A DNA stretch of 64,000 nucleotides from Bigelowiella natans CCMP2755 (taxonomy: Eukaryota > Protista > Cercozoa), in the NCBI GenBank assembly GCA_000320545.1, contig ADNK01001668.1, forward strand, positions 1-64,000, written 5' to 3'. Numbering within the stretch: the first letter of the stretch is position 1; every line of letters begins with the position of its first letter. The notes beneath the pieces were generated by a model. It worked only from the letters and a program-made list of their open reading frames with translations. It ran no database searches and was not told the origin of the DNA. Position numbers and translations under genes: made by a program. This document shows positions 1-12,516 of this stretch, piece by piece.

Positions 1-101
1 CCTAACCCTGAACCCTAACCCTGAACCCTAACCCTGAACCCTAACCCTAACCCTAACCCTAACCCTAACCCTAACCCTAACCCTAACCCTAACCCTAACC
101 C
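1..101 (-). repeat. Telomeric repeat array (CCCTAA)n with distal CCCTGAA variants; chromosome end
   Basis: Perfect CCCTAA units from 39-101; CCCTGAA at 6-12, 19-25 and 32-38 alternating with CCCTAA; array sits at the window start. Confidence 0.97.
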
Positions 102-890
102 TTACCAGTGTCCGTGATTTTGGTCCTCACTTTTGCCCTGAAAAAAACCCTGGTCGATTTTTATGACCAGTTTCCATTGCCATGACCCTTGGTTCGACCG
201 TCACTTTGGTCGTCACTTTGGTCGTGGCCCAGGAGAAAACCCTAACCCTGACCTCAACCCTAACCCTAACCCTAACTCTAACCCTGACCCTGCAATCCTG
301 TGACTTTCAACCCTGTCTCTGCATCCTGACTCTGAACTTGCATTGACCCTGATCCTGTGACCCCAATCCTGATTCTGACCTCAACTCTGTGCTCTGTCAG
401 CGCTTGGTGTGGCAGATGCTTGTGTTTGTCAACCCCAACCCCAACCCTGAGCCTACCTGAAACTTGTGCTGCCTGCCGTGAAATTTGTCGTCATTTTTTC
501 CCTGAAAAAAACCCTGGTTGATTTTTGCCATTGGTTTTCCTGTTGCTTCGACCCTCGTTGTTTCGACCAACATTTCGTCTCTAGTTGCAGAACAGAGCCC
601 TGATCCTGTGATTGGAGAACACGTTGAACTTTTGGAATTGGCACTTGACACTTGATGCACACATCAACAAATCTTTTGGAAAAATTGCAAATTGGTGAAA
701 AGTTGTTTGTCTGGAAGCCAAGTTGCGACATGCGTTGGAATGATGTGCTCGTTGCATGCCAGTCTTGTCGGTTGACACATGGTTGGTCTTTGCGCGCAGA
801 ATCGAAGAGGGACACCACATGCACGTTCAACGTGCAGCACTGCTAGGCTGGAGCATGCGCACGTGCTTCATGCATGCCAGTTTTGACACA

Positions 891-927
<37 letters not shown>

Positions 928-1080
928 CATGACCTTCACCTGCCAAATTTTGGTTGTCATCTGTTTTTGTGAACTCAGAAGAAACCAGGCAGAAATTTTG
1001 ATTCAACGCCCAATCACGTTGACAACCATTGCTAGATTGCTCAATTTTTTCAAAGTCATGTTCATTCTGCTGAGCACAGC
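102..1080. repeat. Subtelomeric region: degenerate telomere repeats, duplicated spacer, TpA-depleted
   Basis: Degenerate hexamers at 238-397 and 431-460; 'cctgaaaaaaaccctggtYgattttt' occurs at ~137 and ~501; (CA)n at 887-926; only 4 TpA in 281-1080 by hand count. Confidence 0.85.
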
Positions 1081-2747
1081 CTAAAATGCCAACGATGATG
1101 CTCCCGTACGCGACGCAGGTTGAGGTCCAGAAGGAGTGACACTTTCTATTTCCATTGATTTTGGACTGTCCATGCCATGCATTCGTGGAGCAGGGGTTTT
1201 GTCGAGGATCTTCGGCGCCTTTTTGATTGCAGCAGGCGTGTTGAATGCCTGTGACGACTCATCATCAAGTTCATTTTGTGCCTCCATTTTAGCAGGATTC
1301 CTGATTTCAGATGACAATGTGTCGTTTCCTCCGGTTGGGACAGAAGTATCGGCTTCCTCTGGAGAGAGCAGACCATCAGAGGTGGGATCGCTTGATGGCA
1401 CTACTTCTTTTCCAGGACTGTTTACAACGATAGTAGTGGTTTTCAGAGCAGCTCCTACACTAGGTCCCGTCTTTGTACGAGCCGTCTTTTCTTCATCTTT
1501 TGTATTCGAATTCTCTTCCTTCGAAGAGACTGCGCCAGCAACAGAAAAGCTATTCTCATTTGGGATTATCTCTGTGCTGCTGTTGTCGCCATCGACTGTA
1601 TGTAATAGGATCTGCTCATCTGTCGTCGTTGTAGCAGGAAAATCACAGAGATCTTCGAAATTCCTCGTAGTATTATCAACATCTACTGCTTGTGAAGGCA
1701 ATATAGCGCTTTCAGCAGTTTCATTGTTCTTTTTCTCATCAACTGTACTGAGTTTTGACGGGATAGAGACTTTATCGAGGGCATTTGTTGTATTTGTCGT
1801 AGTTAGTGGGATAGAAACTTTATCTTGGGCATTTGTTGTAGTTGTCGTTGTTGACGACGCCGATGATAAACTACATTTGGTAGAAGCAACAATCGCTGTT
1901 TGTTCAGTGGGCTTGAATGACGTCTCATTAGCAGCAGGCTGATCAGATTTGATGTTTTTCGAAGAGACTGGTGAGACTTCTGGCACAGGTAGTGGTGGTG
2001 ATGATGGTGATGGTGATGGTGATGGTGCAACTTCTTCTTCACCTCGTAGATTATTCTCCTTCTTATCAAGAGTGCTCATCTCTTTTGACTCTGCATCATT
2101 GTCAGTCTCGAGTCGGCGAGGTTCAATCTTGCGCGTCTTACCTTTATTGTGGGGCGTGATTTCAAAGCCATCACCACTATTTTGCTTTTTGACTGCTGAA
2201 ACGTCTGGTCTCTGTCTTTTCTTCTGCTGCCTCTTCCGTGTAGGTCTAGGAGGAGTCCTCACTTGCTTCCCGGGGATTGTTATAAAGCTGATCATTTTGT
2301 CAATCTTCACACAAATTTCGTCTCCGCCCTCTGCACTAACAACAGCTGCTGAATGCCATTTGTCACGAAAGAAAGCTTCACATCTGTCACTAGGATTCCA
2401 CCGTAAGACATCATTTTCGAGATCCTCGTCATCATCAGTTTCGCTATCCTCTTCATCCTCACTTTCACTTGTTTCCTCGGCTTTTATCATAGCCCATTGC
2501 CTTTCGGATTCTTCATAAGAAAATTCGCAGATCTTACACGCATTGCCTGAGGACATAAGATTTTCTCCGAAATTACACCGACTACACTTCCAATGTTGAT
2601 CTTTTTTGAAACTCGTAAGTGGAACCTAAATAAATAATAACAAGGGCATACTCTCACTAAATGAAAAGTTTACATTAGGGTTATGAAAATGTATGGTGTC
2701 CTTTACAACGATAAAGTGCGTGAATGTGTGAATGTGTGTATGTGTGA

Positions 2748-2811
<64 letters not shown>

Positions 2812-5061
2812 GCGTGTCCGCAAAATTTATTCTTTGGACATCATCGTGCCAATAGATGCTCACATCATCATCGCTGTCACTCCATGAATCCCGCAACCGC
2901 TTATTTCCTTGTTTCTCAGTGGCAGAAGTTAAAGCAGCATTATTGTTTTCCTTTATAGGAGCTAAGATTCTGGAAGCCAGAGGAACCTGAAGTATGATCG
3001 ATACGAGTAAGTTTTGAGCTAACAATTTAATCCTGAGAAGAAGGAATTGGATTTGTTCGGGATTACATCGTCTTCGCTGTCGCTATCTTCTTCCTCCTGA
3101 GCATTTGTATTGAATAGGGCCACCATGTTGACAGGAGGTGTTGGGATTCTCTGCACTCTGGTTTCTCCCAAAAACCACGGAGTGGATGAAGCCTTCGGAA
3201 GGGAAAATGTTTGTCAAACAAGGTTACCAGTAAGTAATACAATAGTTACGAAAAAAACAAGCGATATACCTTGTGCGTGGAAGATTGCATCTGAATTGGT
3301 CGAAACGTAGTCTTACTATCTCTATTTTCCAACAGTTGCTGACCACTTTTTAGTCGCACCAAGGGAACCTAAAACAGCGTATGAAAGCTAATGAAAACTC
3401 TCTTATTATCCTATTTTGGATTATATGTTGTTTACGTCTTCGTCGCTATCCTCATCTTTGTCGTCATCATCGCTATCTTCCTCCATCATCATCCTTTTCT
3501 GGTGCCTTCTCCTCTTTACATCCTGGAAGCTCGCTTTTGAAAGTTTTAGTGTGTTTTGGATCTCTTCAGGGCGGTTCCATCTAGACTCTTCTGTTCGCTT
3601 GTCGAAGTAATATACATCACCGTCGGGAGTAGCGTGAATATTGTACCGTCTATTCACAGAATGGTGCATCTCGCATAGCAAGCGTTCCACAATGATTCGA
3701 AATCGTACACTATCTTTGGCGTCTACACCAATTCCAGTAAGATCCGAGTGCCGAAGATGAAGTAAGTCAAAACTCTCCAATTTATTTTTCAGAAGAATAT
3801 TGAGCATCTGGGAGAGGTTGTTCTCACGTAAAAGATTTCTCACACCACGTTTGGAGAGTTTTTTCATTATATTTTGGAATTGATAGGGTATTAGAGTGGT
3901 TCGACAATTCGTCCTCCGTATTATCCTCCAGCTATCCTCATTCACGTCAAAAGGAATTTCCTCATCAAACCTTCCATCTAAGGAGGTTACATACCTGAAA
4001 AATGGATGTTCGGCACATAAAGACAATTTCCACTATGTATAATCGATAAAAATTATGTGGTCTAGAAAAGTAATATGTTTCGCACATGGTGCCGTTCTCA
4101 AGCACACGCAGCTGGCAATCGTAGCTTCCGTCATTTGTCCATCTAACACAAATATGATCTCCATCGGCAGGGGGTCTGATGCGTTTCTTTTCTGGAATGG
4201 AGGTTGAAGACGAAGAGGATGATAAGGCATCATTCTTCTCAAGCAGGTGGCTATCGGAAAGGCTCTTCCTGAGACGATTTTCCGTAATCTTCGTCCTGAT
4301 CAGATTGTTGTGTTTTATCTCAAAGTATGGGATATATTTTTTGTCAAATATGTTCTAATTTAACAATACATTACTATCTTCGGAAATTGATGAAAACACT
4401 TTAATGTAGTTTGCTTTACGTTGATCCGTCATCCCAGGAACAGAGGAAGCCCGATCCTTCTTTTCCAACGACGACGCCCTTCCAAATCTTCTGTCCGTAC
4501 CCGGGAAAGCGCATGCGAACCTTCTTGCCGATCTAAGTCAGAGGGTTGAAAGTCATCACTGGAGAGCATGAAAACAAGATTTCGAGTGAAGAGACCAGAT
4601 CCATGGTTCTATCCTGAGAGGAGGTGTCTCCACGAGAGTAAATTGAAGCCTGGGATAATCAATTCGGTGCTAGCACTACCCCCAGCTTCCACGACGTAAA
4701 TCTTATGGCTTCTATATCTGGATCGTAATGGCGGCTCAGAGGGTGGGAAGAATGATAATGCTGAATCTCGGATTCGAATTTAACAAGTGATCCATGCGAT
4801 AAATCACATTTCTCCATTCATAGTCGAAATATGAGACATAAATTAGGGACATTTTGTAGAAATTATATTCTGTTTTGGGAAGGAAACAACTTCCCGCAAA
4901 AAATATTGTTGTGAGTATCTTATCTTGTTAGTCCAGTTTGTTCGTAAGCTACGACTACGGACTGCATGTAGATCAGAAGAAATTCGGGGCCTTTCCGGAA
5001 GCGTTCTGTGCTCGCGACGCTTGCGACCACACTCTTCATGTTGTCGTAGAAAAGAAATCAT
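1081..5061 (-). CDS. Multi-exon multidomain protein: Tudor-like x3, SAM, WW, RanBP2-like zinc finger, long disordered C-terminus (start approximate)
   Basis: Spliced translation gives IGKKVRMRFPGYGQKIWKGVVVGKEGSGFLCSWDDG (~4420-4530), DGDHICVRWTNDGSYDCQL (~4100-4165), SAM-like LLRENNLSQMLNILLKNKLESFDLLHLRHSDLTGIGV, WW-like TPDGDVYYFDKRTEESRWNRP, WKCSRCNFGENLMSSGNACKIC (~2525-2592), and WNPSDRCEAFFRDKWHSAAVVS. GT-AG introns at 2626-2863, 2987-3066 and 3369-3435. Confidence 0.75.
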
Positions 5062-5197
5062 CGTATATCCTCGCTAAAAAATAAATTAAATAAATTTGGG
5101 TATATTTGTCTGAGCGACAACGAAGGAGTTGTGTCACAAGCGCTAAAAGGGAATTTCTCTGTAAAAAAGACAAGAGTGGGGCCTGGAAGGGCGGGTG

Positions 5198-7020
5198 ATG
5201 CACCAACGTTTGCCCATGGAAAGATTAACTTCTTCCGTCTACCTCGCTGCCCTCTTCCTTTTGATTACCTTTATAACCCTATCTGGCACCAGTGATTATG
5301 GCCACAAGCGCAACCTTATGTGGGGATCCCCTCCCCCAGAACCTGGTAATGCTTTCCTTCTCGTTTGCATTTTCACTATGAGAGCATTTAGCGGTAGCAG
5401 TTTCATGGCTCTGGGCCCGAATATAGATTTCCAGAGGATATTTCGTGATAAAATGGCTTGAGCCATATAGTAGACAAGGGATGGACATGGTTTTCGGCTG
5501 AATAGATAACCAGCAATGAAAACAACTAAATCGGCGTTTACACAGAGAGGGGATTCAACCTGCTCGAGTTTTTCCAGAAGCCCCCAATAGAGCGCAGGAC
5601 AATAATTTTCTCTGGAATTGCGGTACAGACATGACAATAACCATTTTGAATTAAAAGCAACTTGAATCGAAAAAGTTATCGAGCACCAAATGTGGGGTTA
5701 TTTATCCATAATCAATGCTGGTGTTTTGATATTAGTTTCACATGAAACTGCTTTAGATCTGTGGTTGTGCGAAATGATTTACTGTATATTGAGAGCATCA
5801 CATTCATAATGATCAGGCTCAATGCAGAAAAATTGTGGGAAGTGAAGGAGAATCTACTGCGAATATTCCCAAGAATACACTAATGCACCACCACCCAATC
5901 GAGGCCGATCATCGTGAAATTATGGTCTCGTCCAAATAATCAATCTTCTCGAATTTAAATAACTTCCGATAAAGTCATCAGAGAATACTTTTCATATATT
6001 GCACACCACCAACGATCCGCTGTTTCAAATCGATGTCTGACAAAGTGATTGTATGTTAGCCTGCACCTACACTGCCTCCTTCGATAAGAGCAGTATCATC
6101 TTCACGACTACTCATGAAAAGAGATGGAACGTTCGTCTCTCAACGCACTAATATTATGGTGAATTATGATTTACAAAAATCCTCGCTTGAGTGAATTGAT
6201 GTGTACTAAATTGAGAAGTATAGGTCACAATCAATTACAATAATCAATAACCAATCAATTACAATAATCAATAACGCTTTATTTTTTTTTTGTAAGCCAT
6301 CATCATCACCATAGCGGAATAATATCTGAAGCATCTGCTACTTTGTAAAATAGCTCGACGGATTACATATACAAGCTACCCCGATTGCGCGTGCTGCGAC
6401 CCTCATTGGTATTTATACAATCGTCCATGCTTCATTTACTTCCGATCGTTGACCTTCCTCCTCCTCCTCCTTCCCCTCCCCTCACCCTAACAGGACTGTC
6501 TGGAGTCATATATAAGTCTGCAGAGCGATTTCTCAACTCTACGCAATTCTACAGATGGAAGTCTTCTGTGGGGTCTAAGATGACTGACTGGAAGGTAATA
6601 GTATTAACACTTGACACATCCTGTTGTAGTGAAGTTGTGCATGACATTCTAGCAGAACCACTATTATATTAGTATTGGTATATTGTGCATAACTTTCTAG
6701 CAGAACCACTATTATTATTATTTTTAATTAACAACACAAGAATACTGAAGCTCTTTCTTGAATCAACAACATCCAAAACTAATCGTATATTGATCGGCAG
6801 GTGGGAAGAACTCGACTCAAGCAGCAGCATCACCATCACCAACACCCGCATTATCAGCATGATAAGCGCTATCACAATGTTCCAGGAGCAGCAACCCGCT
6901 CCCCTGGTGGCCTTCGTAATCCCCCCGTATTAGATGGTGAATACGCTGGTGCTGATGATTATTCTGGTGATGAAAGAAGGAGTGCAGGAGGACCAAGCTA
7001 TTCTCCCGCTGTGGTGTGTG

Positions 7021-7053
<33 letters not shown>

Positions 7054-7356
7054 GTGTATATTTCATGTGGTATATCATCTTATGGGAGGAGGAAGGATGG
7101 TGATGAGAATGATGATTATATGCAGTAATGATGATGATGATGATGATCTCAATAAACAAACAATGCGATTAATGATCTAATGGATTGCATCTAAATTATT
7201 TACAAATGTCAACACTTGTAATCGTTTCTGACTCATTGTACCAATCAATCAATTACTAGGTTGAAGGAGAGGTTATTCCAGGAGCAGCTCGGAATATGCT
7301 ATTCCGTGTATCTGACAATGCGACTACAATTACGACGGTGCAGACAGAGAGAGAGA

Positions 7357-7392
<36 letters not shown>

Positions 7393-7712
7393 ATAGAAGG
7401 GGTGAACAACACGACATTTAGTAGTAGAGAAGAAGAAGAAGAAGAAGAAGAAGAAGAAGAAGAAGAAGAAAGGGAGGAGCAAGATAAAGTATAAAAGACC
7501 ACGAAGCTTCCATGCTTCGTTCCTTCTTGCTCATCGTCGTCGTGACTATTATCTAAACATCCTATATTTGATATTCAATACATCTCTATCACCACCACCA
7601 TCATCATCATCATCGTCATCATCGTCATCAGATTATGGATCTTCTGGGTGGTGGCCGTAGCGCAGTTTTTGTCGTGAATAGCGCTACAAGTCCTGAGGAC
7701 TCGGGTGCAATA

Positions 7713-7752
<40 letters not shown>

Positions 7753-8855
7753 ATATATTTGGCAATGTGTAGATCATGTACTTTTGGCTAGCATACAAAT
7801 GTACACTTCTCTTTGGAGAGTAGTAGTAGTAGTAGTAGTAGTAGTGTTGTAGCAGTTGTAGGTGCCCCTCCATCCTGATTTCCTTAATTCTGGTACTTCA
7901 TCTCCTATCGTTGATTTTGTTGTTTGTGTTATATATTCCATCAATGGCGACGACGAACAACGATATAGTGCATATTCGAAAAATAATGGAGGCTAGTGCT
8001 AAGTTAAAGGCATATGGAATTGATCGGTAACATCATCATCCCCATATTCACCATTATCAAACTTGCTGATAAACCTCCCAAGGCTTCCATGAAAACGATG
8101 ATATTGGGGGGGTCCTTGAGTGGAAGTGTAGATAAACAATCAATATCTTGAAAAGGCAAATATGACCATTACAAGACTATCTTCAGGACATTTTATAAAA
8201 TCCTCATTTCTTTTTCATTAACATTGACGATGTTTTGAGTGCATACAAATAAATGAAGCATTGTTTTTATTTTGTATGTGTGTACCGGTTTGTTTCTCTG
8301 GTAGGGTTGTGTGCGTAGTAAAATCTGATTCACTTGAAGCTCAGGTATTATTATTACTAATATTTGTTGTTATCACTTGGTTATGCTCTCTTGTTTTTAT
8401 TATTATATTTGTGTATTATATGTTCTCTTGTTTTTATACTAATGTGGAGTCAAGGCGGTGGCTTGATTAAAAATGATGATGATAGTGACGATTATGATCA
8501 TGATAGTTATTATTATTCAAGGCTATGCGAGATAGGGAAGGGATCTTAGAGCATCGAGTTATCATATTAGCCGACCCTCACAATCGATTTGAAACGTAAA
8601 ACACAATAAAATGGGCATGCAATTTATTCCTCCCCTTCTTTTCAAACCTCACGTATCTGCTTAAGATGTTCTATTATCGATTAAAATATTGTCATTGATG
8701 AACAAAACCATGATTATGTATAATTTGAAAGGGCATGTGGCCTTGATCTTGCAGACCGACGTGGTGCAATTTACTTGGTAACACGTCATAAATTCTTAAA
8801 ACTACACGCCTCAAAAGCACGCACGGTGCATGAAGTACCTTTCTCTATTTCTGAT

Positions 8856-8896
<41 letters not shown>

Positions 8897-9038
8897 TATA
8901 TGCACACACAAGTAAGCATACTTGTATATGGTAAACTGGGTAATAAGTATTAGTTTTGTCCCAAAACTGATTCTAGTCTATCTCCAGGACTATGGGGCAG
9001 TGGTAGGCTCTGTGCACATAGGAGGAAATAAGGTAGTC

Positions 9039-9073
<35 letters not shown>

Positions 9074-9232
9074 ATGGTGTTGGTCATGATGATGGAAGTC
9101 ATTATTCTTTGCGTAAACCATAGTAGTGTGAGGATGAACCAAACAATTTCTACAAGTATAGTATTATCTCCTTCATAGAATCAGTCACAAGTGTTTGATG
9201 AAAGTAGTGTTTGCTATGCCTTTGAGAGTTGA
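5198..9232 (+). CDS. Signal-peptide protein with C-terminal type II peroxiredoxin (Prx5/Redoxin)-like domain lacking the peroxidatic Cys; about 15 exons
   Basis: Leader MERLTSSVYLAALFLLITFITLSG. Phase-consistent exons give VEGEVIP...IMDLLGGGRSAVFVVNSATSPEDSVHIRKIMEASAKLKAYGIDRVVCVVKSD...RVIILADPHNRFETACGLDLADRRGAIYLDYGAVV, colinear with Prx5 motifs (PGAFTPxC, LKxKGVDxVxC, LADPxxxF, RxAxxVxDGVV). Stop TGA at 9230-9232. The link between the 5' exons and the domain is less certain. Confidence 0.75.
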
Positions 9233-9509
9233 TTTGTGTACTTTGTATTCACCTCTATTTGTGTACTACTCGTCTCAGCATTCAGCTGATGATCTCCTTG
9301 GCTTTCTACACACAATGCATTTGAATTCCGCGCCAAATTCTCCCTACCCAGAACTTGCAAGCAGCAAGTCGCAACAGCAGCAGTCCAGTGACAATTTTGT
9401 CTGATGACCACATAAATGGAGCTGAATGTCAAATTTTATTATTAAACGATGTATAACTGTACTTGTTCAAAGTACATGATGGTGATTAAATATGCTGCAT
9501 TTTAAATGA

Positions 9510-10370
9510 GCGTCATGTCACTACGACACAACTAGACAAGGACGCCGCATGTTGTGCATGCATGTCCCAGATAGAATGTGCACATTGCATTGTGCATGTC
9601 TGTCACAGAGTGGCCATATAGCTAGCTAGAGATGCGTGTGAGCGCCACACACACACATGGCTACTTGGACCCAACGCAACGTTTGTCATGATGTGCATGC
9701 ATGTGATGTCACGCACGCACTTGTCACTAGGTCAGTTGTGCATGCATAATTTTGTGTGGGCATTGTAGGCAGTGATGGAATCTCAACAACCGAACTAGCG
9801 AAGCTAGTCAGAGTGCACAACAGCCTTTTTTGCGCATTGTCTGACACACACTAGACACAGGCACAGCCATCACGGTGAACAACTCTAGAACTGTCAATAA
9901 GCAATTATAAAATCTTGCACACACGCATATAAAGATGACTTGTTTGTGTGCGACACGCGCGTCGCTAGCGTCGTCCACGCAATTGGCCAGTGACAATTCA
10001 TCGCACATGTGGCATTAGCAACGATGTCATTGCATTCGGCACGTACATAGCCATGATTGCGACACCAATCTAGTGCCGGCTAGCCGGTGACATGACACAT
10101 GCACGCGCTGTTGTGGCGAGCTGATGTCGATCGTGAATCAAACAATTCTTTTGCGGGGCACACTTTTTAAAAATAATCATGACCGTCGTAGCCACGCAAT
10201 GTGCACATTTGTACAAATGTATATACGTATACATTTGCATATCCGCGCTCCTCTCATTCACATGACATTGAACATGCTTTTGCCAGAATGAATCACATCA
10301 TTGCAGAAACGAACAACACAATATAAGCGCTGCAGCAGCCGCTTTGCCCAGCTACATCTAGACATTAGGG
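9510..10370. other. TpA-poor, TG/CA- and CTAG-rich intergenic island
   Basis: About 11 CTAG in 9530-10085; dense TGCA/CATG; lies between convergent 3' ends. Confidence 0.75.
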
Positions 10371-10411
10371 TGACTAATGAAAAAATGTAATTATTTTATT
10401 ACATCCGTCTC

Positions 10412-10453
<42 letters not shown>

Positions 10454-10612
10454 GTCTATGTGTGTTTGTGCGCTTAGACGCACACTTATTATTATACACA
10501 GAAATAATTACTGAAATGTAGGATGTTCTACGTCAAACTGCGGCAGGAGGAAATTAAATCAACGCGGCGTTTCTCTAGTAATGAATGCGCCGTCGTTCCT
10601 ATGTTGAGAACG

Positions 10613-11372
10613 TTAAATTTGTCGAGCTGGACAGATTCGAACACACCATGCATTCTTGCGGTAGAGCTGTCCAATGGAGGGATAAAACAGTATATAAATT
10701 ATTACGATTGATTACTCTCATTCCGTAAAAAAATAGCAGGGATGAGGATGGTAAGACACACTGATAATAACATAAGAGAGGAGTACTAATAAAATATATA
10801 AATTATACGACGCCTAAACAAATTAAAGGGATACTACTACCTCATTAGCAATTGTGCCTGATTGGAGCAACATATGTGATGAGCATGGATTGAAAGATAT
10901 GTCATTTCCTGATATCTGTTGTAGTATTTATAGAAAAGGAGAACGAATTTAGTCCATCATCTTCGAGTTGTCCTCACCTTTCCACAAAACGACGCAGATA
11001 CTGCTATACATTCTCTCTCTATGTTTTAATAGATGAACAACGCATAAATGATAGAATAAAACGTTCCCGTGCATATATACTTGTGCACCATTTACCATCA
11101 TCATCACCATCTTCATCATCATCATTATCATCATCATTTTCATCATCACAATATGAGAGCTATTGCTATTACCATCTGTGTAAAATTAAGATTCAATGCT
11201 TGACCGATGGTATCTATCTCCATTATCATTTCTGCACGGCTACCAGTCTATCAGAAAATAGAAGCAAAGATTGCACAATCAGATATCAACATCATCCTTA
11301 TTAGATTGCTGCTGCTGTTATTGCGAGAAACATTTCTTTACAATCATTGCTGCTGCTGGTAACCATGTTTTG

Positions 11373-11403
<31 letters not shown>

Positions 11404-11465
11404 CGTAACCAATAGTTGTGTGCTACTGCCTTTGTGCCCCTTGGATGATAAGTCGTTTTCTATTC

Positions 11466-11512
<47 letters not shown>

Positions 11513-12478
11513 GTATACTTGAGAAAGGGAAAAACCGAGTCGCTTTAAGGTAAATTATAGAGCGTGAGCTCATAGACCATCTTATTAGCAACGAAAGAGA
11601 TGGCTTTGTTGTTGTTGTTGTTGTTGTTGTTGTTCTTCTTCTTCTTCTTCTTCTTCTTCTTCTTCTTCTTCATCCGCCTACATGAATTACTTATTATTTT
11701 GAGTTCTTCAATCCAATCATAAGAGTCGTCACTCACTCCGGGCTGTGCGTTGGCCATTAATGCACACACAAGAATCGATAACAATTGATACTACATTAGG
11801 ATCATTCATAGCAGCAGGAGCAGCACATATTGCATGCAGCATCAATATTTATAAGGAAGTATTTTGTATTATTCATGTGTTAGTTAGTATAAGCATTATT
11901 GATTGATATAAATTGACTCTCTATTATTTCAACTACAATGTACTCTTTCATCACTCGATGATCATTCTTACATGGAAAAGAACTATAAGATTGGGTTGAA
12001 GTGCCATTTCTCGTAGTAAGTCCTTCTCCTTTATTAGCTTCCTTCTTCTGTGTAAACTTAGGTTATTCTCTCCCTCCTCATTGTCGCCAAAATCATTATC
12101 GGTCTCAACGAAGTTGCTGTCATCATCATCATCATCATCATCATCATCTTCATCGTCATTTCTTTTTTCTTCTTCCTCGTCTTTGGTAGTGCCTGTGGTG
12201 CTGCTACTGTTATCGTCGTTTTGGTCATTACTACTATTACTATTAACTTCCTGATTCTTGTTCTTATGACCGTTGTTCAAATTGTTGTCGGCGTTGTTGT
12301 TGATGGTCTTCTTCTTCTTGTTATTATTCTTCTTCTGGTGGGGATGGTCAGGCTGTTTTCTTGCTCGTAAATCTCGGTAAGTTCCAGGGAAGCTCACGAC
12401 TTGGAGAACATTGCTGCTGGTCTTACTACCTGATGACGACAACGACTGCCTTACTGCTGCTACTGCATTATTGGTTGA

Positions 12479-12516
<38 letters not shown>

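Noticed and set aside
397-846. Short ORFs in the subtelomere, and the His/Cys-rich ORFs in other islands
   Set aside because: Loss of TpA removes TAA/TAG stops and Tyr codons, creating spurious open frames; no recognisable domains.
281-1080. Methyl-CpG decay or fungal RIP as the cause of the TG/CA excess
   Set aside because: CpG is still frequent and TpA is lost rather than gained; telomere variants show TA->TG/CA.
1136-2518. Plus-strand ORFs of 268 and 189 aa
   Set aside because: Antisense shadows of the minus-strand coding exon.
5296-5637. Minus-strand 113-aa ORF
   Set aside because: Overlaps the signal-peptide exons of the plus-strand gene, which splice consistently; no motif recognised.
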